Shown: in pieces, positions 57,448 through 64,000 of the stretch
Position numbering within the stretch: position 1 is the first letter of the stretch
Layout: every line of letters begins with the position of its first letter
NCBI GenBank assembly: GCA_050306135.1
Contig: JBNLGQ010000042.1
Coordinates: 1,233 to 65,232 of the forward strand
Length of the DNA stretch: 64,000 nucleotides
DNA from: Gammaproteobacteria bacterium
Lineage (GTDB): Bacteria > Pseudomonadota > Gammaproteobacteria > GCA-001735895
Direction of reading: 5' to 3'
Notes under the pieces: generated by a model
Database searches by the model: none
What the model was told of the DNA's origin: nothing
What the model saw: only the letters and a program-made list of their open reading frames with translations
Position numbers and translations under genes: made by a program

Positions 57448-57912
57448 CTATCGAGTAAACTCTATCGCCCCATCTGGTAGCAGATAAAGTACATAGGCAC
57501 TGCCCTCGGTAACTGTAGGTTTATGCGCACTGGCGGGAGGATAAACCAGCCAGCCTTTCTCAGCGCCATCAAAGCGAGCATCACCCTGGATTGGCATAAT
57601 CATGTCGATTTCACCATTAGGGTGAGCGTGATGCGGGCCAACAATATTCTCCATCTGAACCACATCAACACTAAATCCGTGGGTGTCTTGCGAAGGTTTG
57701 ATGACTCTACCAAAGCGAATACCTGCATGCTCCCGTTCACACATCCAGCCATCTTCTGTAGCCTGGTGACAGGCACTTTCAATATATTTGAACAGCTCAC
57801 CCTGTGCCGGGAATTCATCGTTTAGATATTGCTGCAAACTGGTATCTAAGGGTTTATCAGCAATTTTTGACGTGACTTCACTAATCAGACTTTTAAACTT
57901 TTCCAGATCCAT
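57448..57912 (-). CDS. DUF4863-like protein (family that I recall includes 4-hydroxylaminobenzoate lyase PnbB)
   Basis: 154-aa protein. The family assignment is from memory of conserved His cluster regions (HHAHPNGEIDMIMP) and is unverified. Lies 4 nt upstream of the hydrolase gene. Confidence 0.35.
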   Translation of the reverse strand: MDLEKFKSLISEVTSKIADKPLDTSLQQYLNDEFPAQGELFKYIESACHQATEDGWMCEREHAGIRFGRVIKPSQDTHGFSVDVVQMENIVGPHHAHPNGEIDMIMPIQGDARFDGAEKGWLVYPPASAHKPTVTEGSAYVLYLLPDGAIEFTR

Positions 57913-58239
57913 TCTTCAATCCCCCAAATTGATATAAAACTAATGACTTATTCACTTCCCTGTAACGGTTAAGCACGCTAATATGCACTATATTACATTT
58001 AAACATTCTTTAGACAAGCATTTCATTGCATGATTTACTGTAAAACTGCTTTTTACTGCACATAGTGGTGACTCCTGGAACCGTTTCTAATGGAATCACC
58101 TGTGCTAAACAGAGAGGCTTGCTTAATGAATGAGAAAGCAAAAGAAGGCTTTAATACCTTTCTGGAAAATAGACTAGCAAACTGGTTACCCCAAAATGAA
58201 AACAATTAATTCAACAGACAATGCAGGAGTACTACTGTA

Positions 58240-58905
58240 ATGGATGTCCATCACGCATTACGTAATCGTAGATCTATCCGTGCTTACCTCGACAAACCGG
58301 TCAGCGATGAACTCATAGTGAATCTGTTAGAAAGTGCAAAGTGGGCGCCTTCAGGCAGTAACACTCAGCCCTGGAAGGTAGTTGTGTTAAAAGGTGAACG
58401 AAAAAATCTTTTACAGCAACAACTGGAGGATGTTTATTTAAGCGGTGAAAAAGCCAGCACAGATTATACCTATTACCCCGACAGATGGGTTGAGCCCTAT
58501 AAAGAGAGAAGGAAGGCCTGTGGTCTTCAGCTATACAAATCTTTAAATATTGCAGTACAGGATAAACATAGACGTCAGGAGCAATGGATAGCTAATTATC
58601 ATTCATTTAATGCGCCAATTCTGTTGCTGTTTTTTATGGATGATGTGATGCAAACCGGCTCCTATATGGATTACGGTATGTTCTTACAGTCGCTCATGCT
58701 AGCCGCGACTGAACAGGGACTTGCCACCTGTGCTCAGGCTGCTCTATGTGATTACGCCACACATATTAGAAAGTTTCTGGGTTACGATGACAACAAAATC
58801 CTGGTATGCGGTATGGCACTGGGATATGAGGACGTAAAAGCGGAAATAAATAACTATCGTACCTCTAGAGAGCCTGTTGTCAGCTTTACAGAATTTCTCG
58901 ACTAG
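58240..58905 (+). CDS. NAD(P)H nitroreductase family protein
   Basis: Classic N-terminal RRSIRAY...APSGSNTQPW FMN-binding motifs. 221 aa. Confidence 0.85.
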   Translation: MDVHHALRNRRSIRAYLDKPVSDELIVNLLESAKWAPSGSNTQPWKVVVLKGERKNLLQQQLEDVYLSGEKASTDYTYYPDRWVEPYKERRKACGLQLYKSLNIAVQDKHRRQEQWIANYHSFNAPILLLFFMDDVMQTGSYMDYGMFLQSLMLAATEQGLATCAQAALCDYATHIRKFLGYDDNKILVCGMALGYEDVKAEINNYRTSREPVVSFTEFLD

Positions 58906-58930
58906 CCCTCTTTACTGTGCATTTCAGCAG

Positions 58931-59821
58931 CTAATAATCCTCAAGAACCTTACGTATTCGCGTTAGCGCTTCGTCAGAAGCATTGCCTTTCTGCTTAGAT
59001 AGTTGCACAGCGACTTCCCCGAGTCTGGCATACAGGCCGGCTAAATTGGGATCCCACTTAGCAAAGGCTAACAGCTGGTTTTCTACCACAAGGTCATCAC
59101 CGCGCGCTATTGGCCCAGTCAAAGCATCTACCGTACCCATGCGAAAAATGTTGTCCAGCGTTTCACGTACCAGTGGTTGCATAACCTGCACAGCAGTATC
59201 AGTATCTAATCCAGACTTTTGATAGCTTTGTAACCCTGCCTCCATCAATGCGGTTAGATAGTTGCACACCATGACACTTGCGGCATGGTAATAGATTTTA
59301 CCCTCAGCCTTTACGTGAAAAATTCTGGCTCCTATTTCCTGCATTGCTGTTTCAATTATATCCAGTGCCTGCGGATCACCTTCTACACCGCAGTATGTGT
59401 CCTGAAAGTTTTCAACTGCCTTATATGAATCAGCAAAACTTTTAACAGGATGTACGCTACAGGTAAAAACATCATGACTATTCACCATATTAAGGACCTC
59501 TGAAGAGAGTGCCCCGCTACAGTGAAAGACAATATCACCCGGATTAAGCAAGTCTGAATCAAGCAGTGACTGACAGGCATTGAAAATTTCATTATCCGGT
59601 GTCGCGATCAGGTACACCTGAGCGGGAGGCATTTCATTAAGCGTGCTTACTGCTGTGCCCTGACCAATGAAATTAACTGCCTTCAGCGTACTATCCAGTG
59701 ACCGATTAAACACACCTCCGATGTTAAAACATTGATGATCCGACCACAGTTTTGCCAGAGATTTCCCAAGATGACCACATCCGATGATGTTGAGGGTTAG
59801 TTTTTTCATCTGTTTTGCCAA
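58931..59821 (-). CDS. Rossmann-like DUF2520 domain protein (putative NAD(P)-dependent oxidoreductase)
   Basis: N-terminal GxGxxG (IIGCGHLGKSLA) followed by a DUF2520-like C-terminal helical domain. Confidence 0.6.
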   Translation of the reverse strand: MAKQMKKLTLNIIGCGHLGKSLAKLWSDHQCFNIGGVFNRSLDSTLKAVNFIGQGTAVSTLNEMPPAQVYLIATPDNEIFNACQSLLDSDLLNPGDIVFHCSGALSSEVLNMVNSHDVFTCSVHPVKSFADSYKAVENFQDTYCGVEGDPQALDIIETAMQEIGARIFHVKAEGKIYYHAASVMVCNYLTALMEAGLQSYQKSGLDTDTAVQVMQPLVRETLDNIFRMGTVDALTGPIARGDDLVVENQLLAFAKWDPNLAGLYARLGEVAVQLSKQKGNASDEALTRIRKVLEDY

Positions 59822-60112
59822 CTCATTCCTGATTAAATATGTTTAGGGAAATAGGACATTGAATATGTGATCTAAAGTTCTAAAGCAGGCAGTTCCAGAT
59901 CTGCTATTTATCTTGTTTAATCAAAATTATTAAGATTTTTCCCGAAAATGGAAAGTATCCTAAGTTAAGTTAATCTAAATGTAACATATCTATTTGCTAG
60001 TTCCCCGATCTGTACTAAATAAACACTTAATCAGATCATTTCTTTTGTACTAATGTATTGAGAAGCGAGCTACCGAGTTACCTGTAAGTATTATCCACTG
60101 GTTGGTTTTAAA

Positions 60113-62020
60113 ATGTTAAAGAATATCAATATCGGCACCCTGCTTGGGCTCAGCTTTTCTATTGTTTTACTCATAGTCACCTTAGTTAATATTCCTGTCG
60201 TGATATCTAGCGTTAACTCCGTGGCGCAATCTGCTGAACAACGTGAACTTAAGACACTGTTTGAAACAGCGACCATGGAGATCGAAGCGGAAGGTCATCT
60301 GGCCAATGCACTGGCATCGACGATCGCAAATATAGACATTTTTAGCGAAATGTTTGCCAATAAGGACAGAGAGGGTCTGTCCCAAAACCTTGCAAAGGTT
60401 TTCAAGGTTATGAAAAAAGATTTTAATGCACGACAGTTTCAGTATCACCTACCACCAGCAACCTCATTTCTTCGTCTGCATAAACCAGAAAAGTTTGGTG
60501 ATGACCTGTCCTCTTTTCGAAAAACGGTTATTGCGACTAATAAGGACAAAAAAAATATAGTCGGCCTGGAGAAAGGTGTTGCGGGTCTGGGTATCAGAGG
60601 TATCTCTCCTGTTTTTTCCAGCGGCCAACATATCGGCTCAGTCGAATTTGGTATGTCGTTTGGACAACCTTTTTTTGAAAAATTTAAACAGCGTCATGCG
60701 GTCGATATATCGCTTTATTTGAACAATGGCTCTGATTTTAAAAAGTTCGGCTCCACCTTAAAAGGAGCTGCTTTATTAACAACTGATCAACTAAAAACAG
60801 CTATGGATACCCCTGTTATCGAAAATATTTCAGTCGATGGGCAGGATCTAGCCGTCTACGCCTATCGCGTCAATGATTATACGGGGCATGCAGTAGGAGT
60901 ACTGGAAATTGGTATGGATCGAAGTCATTATGTAGACAGCATTGCCAACGCTAGAAACACCGCAATTATTATTGGTGTCACTTCGCTTATAGTGGGTTTA
61001 ATCATCGCTACATTTATCGGACGACTGATCAGTGCTCCATTAAATTCAACCGTTGAAGCAATGAGTGAGATTGCTGAAGGCGGTGGAGACCTCACCCGTC
61101 GCCTTGATGATTCTGGTAATAATGAGATCACTCGCCTGAGTAAAGCCTTTAACCTGTTTGCCGAAAAAATTCGTGATACAGTGAGTAAGGTCAGTCACTC
61201 AACCACACAGCTAGCAGCAGCTTCGGTTCAAATGTCAACAATCACTGAACAAACCACTAAAGGTACTTCACAGCAACAATCTGAAACTGTACAGGTGGTT
61301 ACCGCCATGAATGAAATGACTGCTACGGTTCAGGAGGTTGCTCGTCATGCTAACGATGCTGCCGACGCAGCAAATAACGCCGATCAGGCCTCTGCTGAAG
61401 GAAAACAGCTGGTCGATAAAACGATGCAGGCAATAGAGGCTTTATCCGAAGAAGTTCATACGGCAGTCAATGTGATTGGGCAACTTGAGAAAGATAGTGA
61501 AAATATCGGATCTGTGCTGGATGTAATCAGAGGCATAGCAGAGCAAACAAACTTACTCGCTTTGAATGCCGCAATTGAGGCCGCACGAGCTGGTGAACAA
61601 GGAAGAGGATTCGCGGTAGTAGCCGATGAGGTCCGTAACCTGGCTAGCAAAACCCAGCAATCTACACAGGAAATCCAGCAAATGATCGAAAAGCTACAGT
61701 CTGGCGCTCAAAGCGCAGTCAAAGTAATGGATGAAAGTCGAACCAGAGCAAACGACAGTGTGGCACAGGCGGACAAAGCCAATACCTCTCTTGAGATTAT
61801 CGCTAACTCAGTATCAAAGATTAAGGATATGAATGCTCATATCGCCACCGCAGCTGAGCAACAAAGCACAGTAGCTGAAGAGATTAATAAAAATATTGTA
61901 AATATCAGTGATATTGTTGAAGGTACCGCTGAAGGAGCCACTCAAACGGCTAAGGCTAGTGAAGAACTGTCTCGACTGGCGGTAGATTTACAGCATTTGG
62001 TAAATCAATTTAAGGTTTGA
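60113..62020 (+). CDS. Methyl-accepting chemotaxis protein with periplasmic Cache-type sensor, HAMP and MCP signalling domain
   Basis: TM1, a roughly 250-aa periplasmic Cache-like region, TM2, HAMP ([14 protein letters not shown]) and a conserved MCP domain. Confidence 0.85.
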   Translation: MLKNINIGTLLGLSFSIVLLIVTLVNIPVVISSVNSVAQSAEQRELKTLFETATMEIEAEGHLANALASTIANIDIFSEMFANKDREGLSQNLAKVFKVMKKDFNARQFQYHLPPATSFLRLHKPEKFGDDLSSFRKTVIATNKDKKNIVGLEKGVAGLGIRGISPVFSSGQHIGSVEFGMSFGQPFFEKFKQRHAVDISLYLNNGSDFKKFGSTLKGAALLTTDQLKTAMDTPVIENISVDGQDLAVYAYRVNDYTGHAVGVLEIGMDRSHYVDSIANARNTAIIIGVTSLIVGLIIATFIGRLISAPLNSTVEAMSEIAEGGGDLTRRLDDSGNNEITRLSKAFNLFAEKIRDTVSKVSHSTTQLAAASVQMSTITEQTTKGTSQQQSETVQVVTAMNEMTATVQEVARHANDAADAANNADQASAEGKQLVDKTMQAIEALSEEVHTAVNVIGQLEKDSENIGSVLDVIRGIAEQTNLLALNAAIEAARAGEQGRGFAVVADEVRNLASKTQQSTQEIQQMIEKLQSGAQSAVKVMDESRTRANDSVAQADKANTSLEIIANSVSKIKDMNAHIATAAEQQSTVAEEINKNIVNISDIVEGTAEGATQTAKASEELSRLAVDLQHLVNQFKV

Positions 62021-62192
62021 AGAGTTTTTATTATTAACGCAGTCCTGATTTAGAGGCAATATATTAGCGTCTAAATCAGGTCAATGATTTATCGGTTTGC
62101 TGCTGCATAAAAACGGTGTCATAACTTTGAACACAAACCTCATCATCGAATGCCTGTAGACTGAGCTAAAAGCACCTTTGTAGGAAGTCCGG

Positions 62193-63947
62193 TCAAATGA
62201 TTCTTTTACCCGCTTTAATTACCTGTTTAGCTAAGTCCTTGAAATCTCCTGTTTTGCATATGACAAAAAAATCACCTGGCAAATCGAGATTTTGCATAAC
62301 CCTGGTTTCATATTTATCAGATGAAAACAGAAACCCTTTTACAGCAAATACGATGATATAAACAGGCTTGTCTGGAAAGTATTCAAGTTGTTTTTGTGCC
62401 AACCAGACCTTACCCACTTTTTTATTTCGCTTAAGATTTTTAATAAGTTGTTGAAGCAGTTCCTGATCGATCTCGGGAGGAAAAAAATGATCATCCGTTG
62501 TCACTCTTTCACGTTCTGCGCTAGCGGCCTGGAATACCTCATTTTGCTCGATAGACTCCTGCCACCAGGCCTCTGCCTCGGCATCCTTACCCTGCTGTTT
62601 AAGAAAATCATAACCCGCATTTGCTGCATCCTTTATAAGACTTGCACTTTTGCGTGCCAGACGCAGCTGGTTTAGACCAGCCACATCGCCCTGCTCTATC
62701 AGAATCAAGCCTATAAAATAGGCTGGATCCGGATCTTGCGGATGTCGTTCCTGATAAGCCTGAAAAAGAGGCATAGCCGAACTGGCTGATTCAAACTCAT
62801 GACTCCAGTATGCATAGCTCCACAGATCTTCGTCACTCAGATCCGACACATCGCTAAGGGCGAATTCCTGTAGCCCCTTGCGAGCTTTGCTGACGTAGTC
62901 AAAGCGCTGCTTCCATGATTCCTCATGGTCATTCATCCATTGTTGATCAAACTCTAGCATAATCTGCTGGTTGAGTTCACCCAGCCAGGCCTCAGCAGCA
63001 CTCGTTTCAGGTATTTGAGGGAGCTGCGGTGCAGCCCTCAGTGCACGCACTCTATCCTTAAGGCTTGGATGAGTATCAGCGTAATGAGTTTCTACTCCCA
63101 TCGCTTTACGGATGCTCTCCAGCATCTCATCTCTAGCCATGGGATTGTCACCCAGAAATCGAGCAAGTCCCTCGAATGGGGCATAGGGCGGTTGTTCCTG
63201 CATGTCAGCATACTTGAAATAGCTATCCCAATATCTCTCATCCACATAGGGAGCTGTAGCGTGTACATTGACCAGTGCTCGAGTCGCTATCTCAGGTGAG
63301 GTCAATTCGGCGGCAATAGCATCCGCTTCGAATTCATTGCTACGTGCTAGCGCAAACGAATACGCCTCAAATTGTGGAGAGTACCAGTCAAAGAACTTAC
63401 GCATTAGCCTGCCACCCCAGGAGTCTGTATTATCAAAAGCTGAAAGCACGCGCATCCAGGTAATCCTTACCCGGTAAATCCAGGCGCTAAAACGGCTGTG
63501 ATTACCTGACAAATGGCCAAACTCATGGGCCAGCACAGAGCGCATCTCATCAGGAGATAATGTCAGCAACAATTGATAACCGAGGATGAGATAGTTCTTA
63601 TGCCATCCGAGAATACCCAGCCGGGGATGCTGTACAACGGAAGCATTTAGATTTTGATCCAGAATCACTTCATGGATCTTAAGCGAGTTTAACTGCTTGC
63701 TAAGTTGATCCACTTCAGCAAACAATTGAGGAAACTGCTTACGTTTCAAAGAATAACCTTCTGGTGGCGTAAACCTCACCCAAAGAGCACGCAGCAACAC
63801 CCAGATGCCAGCCCCCACCATGATGATCAGTTTCTTTTTAAGCAAAAGAATAAAAAGCCCAGTACTGAAAAATGCTGAAGCGACAAGGCCACCAGCCAAC
63901 CCGATCAGGGCGAACAGAACCAGAAAAATAACCACATACCCAAGCAA
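62193..63947 (-). CDS. M48 family metallopeptidase, membrane-anchored
   Basis: HExxH (LAHEFGHLSGNH) with N-terminal TM helices and a TPR-like C-terminal region. Confidence 0.75.
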   Translation of the reverse strand: MLGYVVIFLVLFALIGLAGGLVASAFFSTGLFILLLKKKLIIMVGAGIWVLLRALWVRFTPPEGYSLKRKQFPQLFAEVDQLSKQLNSLKIHEVILDQNLNASVVQHPRLGILGWHKNYLILGYQLLLTLSPDEMRSVLAHEFGHLSGNHSRFSAWIYRVRITWMRVLSAFDNTDSWGGRLMRKFFDWYSPQFEAYSFALARSNEFEADAIAAELTSPEIATRALVNVHATAPYVDERYWDSYFKYADMQEQPPYAPFEGLARFLGDNPMARDEMLESIRKAMGVETHYADTHPSLKDRVRALRAAPQLPQIPETSAAEAWLGELNQQIMLEFDQQWMNDHEESWKQRFDYVSKARKGLQEFALSDVSDLSDEDLWSYAYWSHEFESASSAMPLFQAYQERHPQDPDPAYFIGLILIEQGDVAGLNQLRLARKSASLIKDAANAGYDFLKQQGKDAEAEAWWQESIEQNEVFQAASAERERVTTDDHFFPPEIDQELLQQLIKNLKRNKKVGKVWLAQKQLEYFPDKPVYIIVFAVKGFLFSSDKYETRVMQNLDLPGDFFVICKTGDFKDLAKQVIKAGKRII

Positions 63948-64000
63948 AGCGAAAAGAGCGAGCTTGGTAGTATAAAATCTGGGGTTTGACTCAGCATCGT

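Overview
This 64 kb window looks like a gammaproteobacterial chromosome segment, probably from a marine or environmental organism. GC is moderate overall, with clearly AT-richer patches. I saw no rRNA or tRNA genes, no CRISPR arrays and no obvious insertion sequences. I did not scan systematically for tRNAs; that was an inspection of the six intergenic regions, not a search. In order, the window holds the following modules.

(1) The 3' end of betA (choline dehydrogenase), followed by a choXWV-like choline/glycine-betaine ABC transporter and a SulP/STAS anion permease.

(2) A PAS-GGDEF diguanylate cyclase.

(3) A minus-strand catabolic/uptake operon of unclear substrate. It encodes a Liv-type ABC transporter (LivKHMGF-like), a hotdog thioesterase, a single-subunit Rieske oxygenase, a glutamine-synthetase-like enzyme and a tautomerase.

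(4) An MFS transporter plus a NUDIX-like/MBL-fold fusion gene, preceded by TGCA-N6-TGCA repeats.

(5) An acyltransferase, a LemA-M48 protease pair, an orphan periplasmic binding protein and a methyl-accepting chemotaxis protein (MCP).

(6) The most unusual locus is a tightly packed eight-gene minus-strand operon at 27421-37876. It encodes a YjfI-like DUF2170 protein, a PspA/IM30 protein (ESCRT-III superfamily), a tandem ribbon-helix-helix protein, a rhomboid protease, an NfeD-like YqiJ, a flotillin-like YqiK, a 1759-aa coiled-coil protein carrying a MoxR/AAA_5-like AAA+ module, and a small PHA-system-family protein. Two palindromic operators (TGACATA-N-TATGTCA) lie just upstream of its ribosome-binding site.

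(7) An AT-rich pair of hypothetical genes, one a glycine-zipper protein and one a tandem zinc-ribbon protein.

(8) A nagAa-G-H-Ab-like four-component Rieske oxygenase operon (salicylate-5-hydroxylase-like), with a divergent LysR regulator and a trailing Lrp/AsnC RAM-domain gene.

(9) A U32 peptidase and an AT-rich ACC-deaminase-family gene.

(10) An aerobic benzoyl-CoA (box) pathway cluster: a BoxR/BzdR-like regulator, a hemerythrin, boxA, boxB, boxC and a benzoate-CoA ligase. A TGCA-N6-TGCA operator-like motif precedes boxC. Upstream sit an alpha/beta hydrolase, a DUF4863 (PnbB-like) gene and a divergent nitroreductase.

(11) A DUF2520 Rossmann protein, a Cache-domain MCP and a second M48 peptidase.

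All calls come from reading the translated ORFs and the DNA by eye. No database searches were run.
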